A stretch of 64,000 nucleotides of DNA from positions 835-64,834 of the forward strand of contig JAAYAK010000137.1 of assembly GCA_012719415.1 (NCBI GenBank), read 5' to 3'. A program made the position numbers and the translations under genes. Under the pieces are notes generated by a model, which was not told the DNA's origin, made no database searches, and saw only the letters and a program-made list of their open reading frames with translations. Source of the DNA: Syntrophorhabdus sp. GTDB taxonomy: Bacteria > Desulfobacterota > Syntrophorhabdia > Syntrophorhabdales > Syntrophorhabdaceae. Positions 36,509-45,489 of this stretch are shown one piece after another; the stretch's first letter is position 1; every line of letters starts with the position of its first letter.

Positions 36509-39334
36509 TTACATGTGACACAGGTTTCTTGCCGTGCAGTCCGCGCAGCGGTCGGTGTCGAAGGCCTCGAAGGGGTTGTCCGGGTCGAGCATGTGACTTA
36601 TCACCGTTTCGATGCCTGAAGTGTAAGCGTCGAAAAGGCGTATGTTCTCCTTTTCGTCCTTTCCCTTCAGAAAGACCTCGTCGGTATTGTTGCCGAGCAG
36701 TATCAGTGCGGCGTCAACCCTCTCGACGGGTATGTTCCTCTCCGCCGAGAAGATGTGGATATAGATGGGCAGCTGGAATGAGGGAACGTGATCGTGGATG
36801 GACCGGATGTCGCCAAAATCCGCTTTTTCCATGATCCTTGGCGGATACTGTCTCGTTGTGCCCGTCTTGTAGTCGAAGACGGTGTACCTGGCGGACGTGA
36901 TGTCGCGGTCGACGCGGTCGATGCGTCCGTAGAGAGAGACGGCGGAGCCCCGTATCTCCAGGCGTTTTCTGAAACCCTCCTCCAGGCATTCTATGGCCAC
37001 GGGTTCGTTCAAGGTCCTCATGTGGCGTCTCAGGAAGGAATCCAGCTTGTACGAGGCTATGCGCTGGAAGAGATAGTAGTCTCCCGACCCCGGAATGTCT
37101 TTGAAATTCTTTTCCAGCGCCCTCTGCAGGCTTTCCCGGAGGCCGTCCTCGCTCTTTCTGGTCAGGGTGAGTCCGAGGTAGGGGCTGAAGGTGTCGCTGA
37201 GGATGCGGTGAATGATGGTGCCGCGGTCCGTCGCCTCTATGTCGCCGGAGAAGACCCTGCGTTCCTCGAGGCCCATGAGGCGCGTGAAATAGAAGAGCAG
37301 AGGGCATCGCACGTAGGTGTCGATGGCACTCGGCGACAGAACGCTGTTCGTGAGGGCGCGAAGCACGGTCCGGGTTTTTTCGATGACGGGGGAGGATGCC
37401 TGTCTTCTCAGGTTGACGGGGACCGGTTCCTGCCGAACGGGAATGACATCCAGCCGTCTCTGCCTCTTCTCCTCTTCCCAGAGGATCTCCTCAATGTACC
37501 TGCTTCTCGACCTGTCATCGGAGTTGCGGTATATGAGATGGACCTCCCCGGCGCTTCCCACGAGGCGGTAGAAATTGTACCTGTATATAGCCTCCGTGAA
37601 TTCGGGGGGCGGGATGCCCAGCGTTTCGAAGACACCGGCAGGGATCACGGGGCTTACCTCCCTCGGCCCCGGCAGGACGCCCTCGTTGACATCGAGGATG
37701 ATGACCCTATCGAAAGATATGTTCCTCGATTCGAGCATGCCGATGATCTCGAGCTCCTCCACGGGGTGCGTGTCGAAGGGCAAGGCCGTGCCTTCCAGGT
37801 GATGAAGGGTGAGGTCACAAATGGCGCGCGCGTTCTCAGCCGGCTCGCCGGACAGGGGCAGGGAACTGAAGAGGGAGGCTTTCAGAGAGCCCAGGGCCCC
37901 GAAGATGCTCTCGAAGATCGTCCCTGAGAGTACGTAGGAGCGCACGTCCGTCTTAAAGATTATCGCTTCCAGGGCCTCCTCCAAAGCCACAGCGACGTCT
38001 CCCACGGTGGTGACGTTCTCGAAATTCCGGAAGAAGAGCCGGTGCACCTCAAGGAGCGCTTCGAAATGTCCCTCCTGTCCCGAAGAAGATATGAAGGCCG
38101 CCGCGGCCTTCTCTATATCTCCGAGGCTCACAAGCGACCGGCCCGCCAGCAGGCCTTTTCCGGTCTCGTCCGACAGGGAGCGCTCCACGTGCACGAGGAG
38201 GCTCCTGAGACCCGAGTCGGATTCCAGGTTCTTTATGAAGGGATGGAGGACCACGGCGAGATATCGCGGCGAGGGGTATTGTCCGTCGGTCCTTCTCTCG
38301 ACCCGTGCGGCGAGGATGGCGCGCGTGAGATCAAAGATGGGTGTCCTGTCCACGGGGTAGCCAAGGGAGATGTTGCACCGCAGTTCGGTCCTGTCGGCGA
38401 CGAAACTGAGGAGCGGGAAGAGGGGATCAGCCTCGGGAAGGACGATGGCGGTCTTTTTTCGGGGCGCTTCCTGGAGGATGCGGTATGCCTCGAGGACCTC
38501 TGCGTGCGTGTCGTGGCCAGCGTGAAGGCTGACCGCCGGACGGCCGCCTTCAGCGGCGTGCCCGTATTCCACCTTTGCCTTGAGATGCCCCACGAGGTCC
38601 TTGAGCACCGGCCAGTCCTCCGGGTCGCCGGAGAGGAGAACCGTGGCCTGCCCGGCGTCCCAGAAGGACCTGAGCACGTGTCTCTCCCCCCCCGTGAGGC
38701 CGAAGAGCCCGGCGAAGACCACCCGGCGAAGGTCATCGGGGACACGCTCACCTGTCTCTTCAACCGCTGCTATGCGTTTTGTACCCCTCGTGAACCACCG
38801 GCCATCGGCCAGAACGCGGTGGAATTCTCTCCTGAGCAGAGAGATGTTGGACAGGAGTTCGTTGATGCTTTGAGGCACATCGTAGCCGATGGACGCGTTC
38901 CTCTCCACGTTGACGAGGGCGCTGTTGTCGATCCCCTCCATATCGAGCCTGTCGATGAAACTGAGGAGGTGTCTTCCCCAGTGCAGGAAATCACCAAATT
39001 CCTTCCTGGCGAAGGCGTGGCGGTCGAAGACCCTGAGGGACCGTATCAGGCCGAAGAGGATAAAGACAGCGTCGCTCTGATCGATGTCGGCGAACCCGGG
39101 GTTCCGCCTCCGGGCTATCTCGCCGATGAACTCTTCCAGGGAGAAGCAACGGGGAGGGAAGAAGGTCCTCGGGCCCTTCATGGCTGCCAGTCTGGCCTTG
39201 AGATAAAGGGAAGGGCGCTTCCCCGGAAACACGATGACCCTGTCTTCGCCGCTTGAGACATCGGTCCCGATGATGCTGGCGATCTCTTCGATGATGTCCG
39301 AGGCGAAGGGTATGGAGCGCAGCACACTGCTCAT
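36509..39334 (-). CDS. addB: AddB-like helicase-nuclease subunit (PD-(D/E)XK nuclease with Fe-S cluster)
   Basis: 941 aa. C-terminal nuclease motif RIDRVDRD....YTVFDYKTG. Cys ligands are C(PLLFY)...CADCTARNLC with C-x2-C-x5-C spacing, as in AddB. There is no canonical Walker A (FPGKRPS). It overlaps addA by 4 nt. Confidence 0.8.
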   Translation of the reverse strand: MSSVLRSIPFASDIIEEIASIIGTDVSSGEDRVIVFPGKRPSLYLKARLAAMKGPRTFFPPRCFSLEEFIGEIARRRNPGFADIDQSDAVFILFGLIRSLRVFDRHAFARKEFGDFLHWGRHLLSFIDRLDMEGIDNSALVNVERNASIGYDVPQSINELLSNISLLRREFHRVLADGRWFTRGTKRIAAVEETGERVPDDLRRVVFAGLFGLTGGERHVLRSFWDAGQATVLLSGDPEDWPVLKDLVGHLKAKVEYGHAAEGGRPAVSLHAGHDTHAEVLEAYRILQEAPRKKTAIVLPEADPLFPLLSFVADRTELRCNISLGYPVDRTPIFDLTRAILAARVERRTDGQYPSPRYLAVVLHPFIKNLESDSGLRSLLVHVERSLSDETGKGLLAGRSLVSLGDIEKAAAAFISSSGQEGHFEALLEVHRLFFRNFENVTTVGDVAVALEEALEAIIFKTDVRSYVLSGTIFESIFGALGSLKASLFSSLPLSGEPAENARAICDLTLHHLEGTALPFDTHPVEELEIIGMLESRNISFDRVIILDVNEGVLPGPREVSPVIPAGVFETLGIPPPEFTEAIYRYNFYRLVGSAGEVHLIYRNSDDRSRSRYIEEILWEEEKRQRRLDVIPVRQEPVPVNLRRQASSPVIEKTRTVLRALTNSVLSPSAIDTYVRCPLLFYFTRLMGLEERRVFSGDIEATDRGTIIHRILSDTFSPYLGLTLTRKSEDGLRESLQRALEKNFKDIPGSGDYYLFQRIASYKLDSFLRRHMRTLNEPVAIECLEEGFRKRLEIRGSAVSLYGRIDRVDRDITSARYTVFDYKTGTTRQYPPRIMEKADFGDIRSIHDHVPSFQLPIYIHIFSAERNIPVERVDAALILLGNNTDEVFLKGKDEKENIRLFDAYTSGIETVISHMLDPDNPFEAFDTDRCADCTARNLCHM

Positions 39335-42300
39335 ATCCTGACGACCTCCCCGTCATCGAGGTACAGAAGGAAGCCTCTCACGTCCCGGTCTGGATATACC
39401 TCGGAGAGGAGCCTGCCGTAACGGCTCACCTGGCCAACATGGGTGTCGGAGCGGATCTCCCCGGTCTTGTAATCGATCACCTCCACCAGGCCGGGCCTTA
39501 GGATGATCCGGTCCATTTTGAAGGTGTTGCCGTTCCCGTCCACTATCTCCCTCTCGTTGAAAAAGGAGACGTCCGGTCCGGTCTCGAAGAAGGGCCGGAA
39601 ACGATCGTTTGCAAAGAAGGCCTTCAGCGACCGCCCGACCTCCTGGGCAGCGTCGGGTATGCCTTCATGGACCGCGGCGGTCCTGGCAAAGGCTTCAATG
39701 GTCTCATCGCCGATGGGCAAAAACCCGATCCAGGAGAGGGCCCGGTGTATGGCATTACCTTTCTTTCGCGCCCTGACCGCGTGCCGTGACAGGTGCCCCG
39801 GGTCGGAGATGCTCCCCTTGAGCTTCACGGCCCACGCCGGCTCGCCGGTGAAATCGCTGAAAGAAGCCGGAGAACCGGACCCCGGTGAGGCGGCATCTTC
39901 GTCCCCTCTAGCTGTCATCCTTGCCCGCCCCAGGACGATCACCCCGTCCTTCGCGGCGGACCGGAAGGCCTTCATTCCAAAGATGTGGTCGATGAGGTGG
40001 TTCTTCTGTCTTTTCCTGTCGGTGAGAAGGATATACAGTTCCTCCTCGGCACGCGTGAAGGCGACATAGAGGTTATTGAGCTCGTCGGCGAGATACTCCC
40101 GTTCCTTATTGCTGTACAGGGCGGCAAGCTCGGGTGAGACCCCGGTGTACTCCTTTTTCAGGTAGAAGAGCCTGAGACCGTCATCACCGGATTGGAAACA
40201 CCGCTGCTTGTCCCTGCCCGATGACGCGGAGAAGGACGTCAGGGTCACGAAGGGAAGTATGACAACGGGGAACTGGAGCCCCTTCGCCTTGTGTATGGTG
40301 AGTACCCTCACGGCATTGAGCGAATCAGGGGTACGCAGGAGGAAGGCCTTTTCGCTATCGGAATTGCCGTATGGTGTTCTCCGGGATCCCTCTTCCAGGA
40401 AGTCGATGAAACCGGCAAGGCTGCCGTTCCCGGAGCGCTCCCTTTCCCTGACCAGTTCCAGGAGATGCAGGAGATAGGGCACATCGTCGGGGAAACGGGC
40501 AAGAACCTCCCAGTGCCTGTAGAAGTTCACCAGGAGGTCGTAGAGGGGCATATAGCCGACGCGGGAAAGAAAACCCGCGAATTCCTTCTCGAAGATGGCC
40601 CCGTGATCGGACTTGAACAGGAGGTACAGGAATTGGCCCCGGTCAGCAAGACATCTTTCCGAGAGCCACGCGGACATCGGGCCCGTTCCGGAGCCGGTCC
40701 TGGCTGTGAATATCCGTCCCGTTATGAAGGACGCGAAGGAAAGGTTGTCATCGGGTTTGTCCAGGAACTTGAGAAAAGAGATGACCTCCCGGATAAGGGC
40801 GTTGTTCCTGATACTGACGGTGTGCTCCGACTCAACGCTGAGCCCCATGGACAGGAGGACGGCCACGACGGCGCCGGCCTCTTCCCGCGTCCTCACCAGC
40901 ACGGCGAGGTCGCTCTGGCGAAAGACGCCCCGTGCCATTATTTCACGGACAAGGGCTTTAAGCTTCTCCTCCACGAGTTCACGGGCCTCATCCCCGGTGA
41001 AGACATCCTGGCCGTTCTCGTCATCTCCGTCGGCCGTGATCTGTTCGATGGATACGAACCCCCCGCCTTTCTTTGCCTCCAGGAAGAGCTGACGCGATGT
41101 CCGGTACGGCTTCACCACCTCCTTGACGGTTTCCGGGGGGTGTCCCGCGAGGACAACTCCGGCGAGGACCGCAAGGTTTTCCGCGTCGAAGACCTCGTTG
41201 TTAAAGGTGACGATGTGCTCCAGGCTGCGGTAGTTCGTGTCGAGGTGGAGCTCCCCCACGCGATAGTGGTCCCGGTATCGTTCGGCTATCTCATCGACGA
41301 GCTCGGGCCGCCCTCCGCGCCAGCGGTATATCGCCTGTTTCCTGTCGCCCACGAGGAAAAGGCTTCCGCCGCGGCTCAGGGCCTCCTCCGCCAGGACCTC
41401 GATGTTCTTCCATTGCAGGAGGCTCGTATCCTGGAATTCGTCGAGAAGGAAGTGAATGTACCGTTCCGACAGGGTGTAGTAGATCTCGGGAACAAAATCC
41501 CTGCGGCTGACTATGTCCTGAAGCAGGCGGTTCAGCTCCTCGATGGGGATGACACGCCTGTAGTACGTGACCTCCCGCTGGAACACCTCCTTGAAAAAAC
41601 TGTAGACCTGGAGGTAAGGGACGTACTTCGAGGCCGCCAGTGCCCCCGCGTAGAGCCGGCGCAGATTGACCACCGTGTTCCAGAGATCCTTCTCCGCGGG
41701 GCCGGGCAGGCCGCTCCCCTTCCTCATGCAATCCTCCAGGGGGCGCTGGAAGTACACGCTCTGCGAAAGAGGGTTTTCCCGCGGATCGGCACATCTTTCA
41801 AGGGCGGTGAGCAGGTGGGAGAGAGGTTTCACACCGGTGTCGGCCGCGAGCGCCGCAAGGAGTCGGGACGCGCTGTCAGCCATCTTTTGGCGCAGGTCGG
41901 CTACACCGCCACGCGCTCCCCCGGAGGGCATGATGAACTCCCTGTTCTCCTTGGTCTCTTCATTCCAGAGGGACGAGATCGCGGTTCCGAGGAGCTCCCG
42001 GGGGACCCAGCCCGCGCGGTCACCCTCGAGTTCTATATAGCTATCGAGAAAGGCGTCGAAGATGGCCTGTGCGCGTCCATCCTCCGCCGTCCTCTGCAGG
42101 CACTCCCTGAGAGCGAGATCGATGAGCTCTTTCGTTTCCGTGGATACCTCGAAGTCCGGCGGCAGGTTGAGCTGCATCGCGGAGGCCTTCAGTGTGAGGC
42201 TTACGAAACTGTCGATGGTGCCGACGTTGAAGTGACCGAAGTCCTTGAGCAGCTCCGTGAACCGCCGGTCCATGTCGCTCATGAGGTAATCCCTGAGCTT

Positions 42301-42687
42301 GACGGCTCTGTCCGTAAGTTCCCCTGTCCGGGCGGTGTCCCCGGCCTCCCCCGGGAGGGGGGCGTCAGGCAGGACCGTCGTTATCCCTTTCATGACCGTA
42401 TCAAGCGGCTTGAGAGATGAGTTGGCGAAGGTCAGGTCGAGGATGATGCGCTTCATCCAGTCGAGGATGCGGGTGCGCATCTCCTGCGCCGCCTTGTTGG
42501 TGAAGGTGATGGCGACAATGTTCGCCATGCGCGTGGGGAGGGTGGCGTCCGCCAGGGCGGCGGTAAGGAGGACACTCAGGTAATGTTGTGCCAGGCTGTA
42601 TGTCTTGCCCGAGCCGGCCGAGGACCGGACGGTGATGATCTGGGAAATGGTGTCGGTTGTTCTATTGTCTGTCGTGGATGGCTTCAC
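39331..42687 (-). CDS. addA: AddA-like UvrD/Rep-family helicase with C-terminal PD-(D/E)XK nuclease
   Basis: 1118 aa, GTG start. Walker A is SAGSGKTYSL, DEFQDT is motif II, VGDRKQAIYRWRG, and the C-terminal nuclease is MDRIIL....VEVIDYKTGE. Confidence 0.85.
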   Translation of the reverse strand: MKPSTTDNRTTDTISQIITVRSSAGSGKTYSLAQHYLSVLLTAALADATLPTRMANIVAITFTNKAAQEMRTRILDWMKRIILDLTFANSSLKPLDTVMKGITTVLPDAPLPGEAGDTARTGELTDRAVKLRDYLMSDMDRRFTELLKDFGHFNVGTIDSFVSLTLKASAMQLNLPPDFEVSTETKELIDLALRECLQRTAEDGRAQAIFDAFLDSYIELEGDRAGWVPRELLGTAISSLWNEETKENREFIMPSGGARGGVADLRQKMADSASRLLAALAADTGVKPLSHLLTALERCADPRENPLSQSVYFQRPLEDCMRKGSGLPGPAEKDLWNTVVNLRRLYAGALAASKYVPYLQVYSFFKEVFQREVTYYRRVIPIEELNRLLQDIVSRRDFVPEIYYTLSERYIHFLLDEFQDTSLLQWKNIEVLAEEALSRGGSLFLVGDRKQAIYRWRGGRPELVDEIAERYRDHYRVGELHLDTNYRSLEHIVTFNNEVFDAENLAVLAGVVLAGHPPETVKEVVKPYRTSRQLFLEAKKGGGFVSIEQITADGDDENGQDVFTGDEARELVEEKLKALVREIMARGVFRQSDLAVLVRTREEAGAVVAVLLSMGLSVESEHTVSIRNNALIREVISFLKFLDKPDDNLSFASFITGRIFTARTGSGTGPMSAWLSERCLADRGQFLYLLFKSDHGAIFEKEFAGFLSRVGYMPLYDLLVNFYRHWEVLARFPDDVPYLLHLLELVRERERSGNGSLAGFIDFLEEGSRRTPYGNSDSEKAFLLRTPDSLNAVRVLTIHKAKGLQFPVVILPFVTLTSFSASSGRDKQRCFQSGDDGLRLFYLKKEYTGVSPELAALYSNKEREYLADELNNLYVAFTRAEEELYILLTDRKRQKNHLIDHIFGMKAFRSAAKDGVIVLGRARMTARGDEDAASPGSGSPASFSDFTGEPAWAVKLKGSISDPGHLSRHAVRARKKGNAIHRALSWIGFLPIGDETIEAFARTAAVHEGIPDAAQEVGRSLKAFFANDRFRPFFETGPDVSFFNEREIVDGNGNTFKMDRIILRPGLVEVIDYKTGEIRSDTHVGQVSRYGRLLSEVYPDRDVRGFLLYLDDGEVVRI

Positions 42688-42772
42688 GTGTAAACCTGTG
42701 TGTTGGTGGCGGTCCTGCTCGGACTGGCATGGATCCCCACATGCCTCTGTTTAGAGTGAACTATTGCAGTGA

Positions 42773-42802
42773 AGGATATCACACAGCTTTTCGGGATGTC
42801 AA
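42773..42802 (-). promoter_or_regulatory. Sigma70 extended -10 promoter upstream of addAB (copy A of a conserved 32-nt element)
   Basis: The minus strand reads TTGACA (42802..42797), an 18-nt spacer TCCCGAAAAGCTGTGTGA, then TATCCT (42778..42773), with TGn immediately upstream of the -10. It lies about 85 nt upstream of the addA GTG. Confidence 0.5.
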
Positions 42803-42888
42803 AATGAGAGAAGGGTTCCCGTTTGCGGCAACCATGACAATAGATAACGGGGTCTAAAGAAGAATGTCTGGTCCTTGCATTGCCGTGG

Positions 42889-43785
42889 TCAATGAACGGC
42901 CTGGTCCGGCCTGTTGACGAGCATGTCGATAAAAGAGGTTGCGATCCTCGACAGGTCATTCCTGTTGAGGAAGACGATGTAGGCATCCATCGAAAGCTTA
43001 ACATCACTTACTGTCAATTTTTTCAGCAACCCCTGCGCCAGTTCTTTCTGCACGACGGGTTCGACGATGAACGAGGCGCCTTCTCCCCTCCCGATCAATT
43101 CCTTGGTGAATTCGAGGTTGCTTGCTTCGTAGAGCACGGTTGGCACAAGCCCCTTATTCCTGAACGCTTCCATGACGATCCTTCTTGTCCCGGACCCCTC
43201 CTCCCTCATGATGAGGGGGACCCTGGAGACTTCCTTGAGAGTGACGGTTTCCATTTTGGCCAACGGATGCTCAGGTGAGATGACGAGAAGGATGTTCTCT
43301 TTCCGGAAGGTGATGCTGTTGAGGAACCTGGGATCCCGGTCGCTGGCCACGATGGCAAGTTCGTTCTTCATATGAAGAAGGCTTTGCATCATTTCCCTCG
43401 AACTTCCTTCTCCCAGGTGGATGCTTATGCCCGGATGAAGGGCGTGGAACATGGAGATGTAGTTGGGCATGAGGAAGCGCGCGTATGTTTTTGTCGTCCC
43501 GATGTGCAAGGTGCCTGTCTGCACCTTTCTTATCCTGTCGAGGACTTGTTCGGCCTCATTCTCGAGCTGAAAGATCTTTTGAGCGTAATCGAAAAGCATT
43601 TGACCCGCTTCAGTCAGGTAGGTCCTCCCCCCAACCCTGGTGAAGAGCCTGAGGCGTGTTATAGCCTCCAACTGTTTGATCTGGGAGGAGACAGCGGGCT
43701 GACTGACGCAAAGATGTTCCGCGGCCCTGGTGAAGCTGTGCTGTCGGGCCGACTCATAGAATATTCTCAACTGGTTGAGGTTCAT
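42889..43785 (-). CDS. LysR-family transcriptional regulator
   Basis: The wHTH begins MNLNQLRIFYESARQHSFTRAAEHLCVSQPAVSSQIKQLE and is followed by a LysR substrate-binding domain. It is divergent from the aromatic operon. The ATG at 43785 is preferred over the track start at 43836. Confidence 0.88.
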   Translation of the reverse strand: MNLNQLRIFYESARQHSFTRAAEHLCVSQPAVSSQIKQLEAITRLRLFTRVGGRTYLTEAGQMLFDYAQKIFQLENEAEQVLDRIRKVQTGTLHIGTTKTYARFLMPNYISMFHALHPGISIHLGEGSSREMMQSLLHMKNELAIVASDRDPRFLNSITFRKENILLVISPEHPLAKMETVTLKEVSRVPLIMREEGSGTRRIVMEAFRNKGLVPTVLYEASNLEFTKELIGRGEGASFIVEPVVQKELAQGLLKKLTVSDVKLSMDAYIVFLNRNDLSRIATSFIDMLVNRPDQAVH

Positions 43786-43999
43786 GGCCACCACCCTGCT
43801 TCTCCTGCCGCAAGGCAGAAGAAAAGCATTTGTCAACGCTCAGTCGATCGATGAATGTCCGCCCGTCCGGGATTGCTCCAAGGGCCGATGGTATGGGAAA
43901 TGTTGTTCGCAACGTCAGTTCCTGATGTCTGCTCGTTGCGGGCGGCAACCTCTGTTTAAGGCTATAGGAACAAGTATACATAAGTTTTTCTTATGTGCA

Positions 44000-44045
44000 A
44001 CATAATTTATATGTATTTGACATCATTTCATTATCTTTCGATGAT
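44000..44045 (+). promoter_or_regulatory. Candidate LysR-type dyad plus sigma70 promoter of the aromatic operon
   Basis: An interrupted dyad ACATA-N5-TATGT lies at 44000..44014 in an AT-rich stretch. It is followed directly by TTGACA (44017..44022), a 17-nt spacer and GATGAT (44040..44045). An AGGAGG Shine-Dalgarno sits at 44061 and the ATG at 44074. Confidence 0.4.
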
Positions 44046-44073
44046 TTAAGAAATACGATCAGGAGGGGCACCG

Positions 44074-45480
44074 ATGAAGGACATGAGAGATTTTATCCAT
44101 GATGCCGAAGAGGTGGGTCAGCTCAGGAGAGTAAAGGCAGAGGTGGACTGGAACCTCGAGCTTTCCCACATTGCCAAGCTGAACGAAGAAAAGAGCGGAC
44201 CGGCGCTTCTCTTCGAGAATGTCAAGGGCTACACTTCACCCGTCATAACCAGCGTTTGCACGACGACGCAGAGACTTGCCCTGATCATGGGCGCGCCTTT
44301 GGAATCGAGCCTGGTGGATCTCATGCGCTACTGGGTGGAGAAGGGGAAGACGCTGGTGCCCCCGAAGTTCGTGGACAGGTCGCAGGCGCCCTGCAAAGAG
44401 AATATTATGAAAGGGGACGACATCGATCTTTTCAAGTTCCCGGCACCCCACTACTACCCCAGGGACGGGGGAAGGTTTATGGGTACCGCCCACTTCTTTA
44501 TCACCAAGGATCCGGATTCGGGTTGGGTCAACCTGGGGACGTACCGGGCCCAGCTTCTTGCCAGGGACAAGATAGGTACCCAGTTCATCAAGGGGAAACA
44601 TTCCGATATCATGTTGAAGAAATATGCCGCCCTGAAGAAACCCATGCCCGTTGCGTCTATCGTGGGTTGTGACCCATTGCTCTTTCTCACCGGAGCGGCG
44701 CGCCTTTCCGCCTTCTTGAGCGAATATGACTTCGCCGGGGCCGTGCGGGGCGGACCCATAGAGGTGGTGCGGGGCGAAACGGTCGATCTCCCTATTCCCG
44801 CGACGGCGGAGATCGTCATCGAAGGCTTCGTGGATCCCGAGACCTTCATGGAGGAGGGTCCCTTCGGAGAGTACACCGGCTACTACTCCGGTGTGGGGAC
44901 GGACAAACGGAACTTTGAGCAGGTGACATGTGTGACATACCGGAACAACCCCGTTTTCTGGGGGACCACCGTGGGGCGTGCCGTCACGGACACTCACATG
45001 ACGATGGCCCTTACCTACGGGGCTACCCTCTGGCAGCAATTGACGGATATGAAGATCCCCGGCATAAAGGCTGTATACTGCCCTCCGGAAGGCTCGGGAC
45101 GGTTTCTCGCCATCATATCGATGAAGCAGATGTACCCCGGGCACGCCGACCAGGTCGGGACGGCCGCGATCTCCACAGAGATGGGGGCCTACGGGTTGAA
45201 GACGGTGATTGTCGTTGATGAGGACATAGATCCCTGGGACATCCCCAGAGTGTTGTACGCGCTGAGCTTCCGGTTCCAGCCGAACCGCTGCCAGATCATC
45301 AAACGGGGTCGCTCAACACCTCTTGATCCTTCGCTTCCCATAGAATCCAGGGACATAACGGGGAGGATCATTATGGACGCGACCATTCCCTATGAATGGA
45401 AGGAGAAGCCGATACCCGTGGAACTCGACCCGGAGACGGTGAAGAAGGTCGAAGCAAGGTGGTCGGAGCTCGGACTTTAA
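44074..45480 (+). CDS. UbiD-family prenylated-FMN-dependent (de)carboxylase
   Basis: 468 aa. UbiD-type N-terminus (MRDFI...G.L.RV...VDW.LE......GPALLFENVKGY) and the hallmark GPFGEYTGYY motif. Confidence 0.9.
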   Translation: MKDMRDFIHDAEEVGQLRRVKAEVDWNLELSHIAKLNEEKSGPALLFENVKGYTSPVITSVCTTTQRLALIMGAPLESSLVDLMRYWVEKGKTLVPPKFVDRSQAPCKENIMKGDDIDLFKFPAPHYYPRDGGRFMGTAHFFITKDPDSGWVNLGTYRAQLLARDKIGTQFIKGKHSDIMLKKYAALKKPMPVASIVGCDPLLFLTGAARLSAFLSEYDFAGAVRGGPIEVVRGETVDLPIPATAEIVIEGFVDPETFMEEGPFGEYTGYYSGVGTDKRNFEQVTCVTYRNNPVFWGTTVGRAVTDTHMTMALTYGATLWQQLTDMKIPGIKAVYCPPEGSGRFLAIISMKQMYPGHADQVGTAAISTEMGAYGLKTVIVVDEDIDPWDIPRVLYALSFRFQPNRCQIIKRGRSTPLDPSLPIESRDITGRIIMDATIPYEWKEKPIPVELDPETVKKVEARWSELGL

Positions 45481-45489
45481 AATGTTCTC

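Noticed and set aside
42657-42857. 66-aa ORF in the addA-lysR intergenic region, and a 76-aa ORF at 43775..44005
   Set aside because: Neither has a ribosome-binding site or a recognisable motif. They overlap predicted promoter or operator DNA and are more simply explained as chance ORFs.
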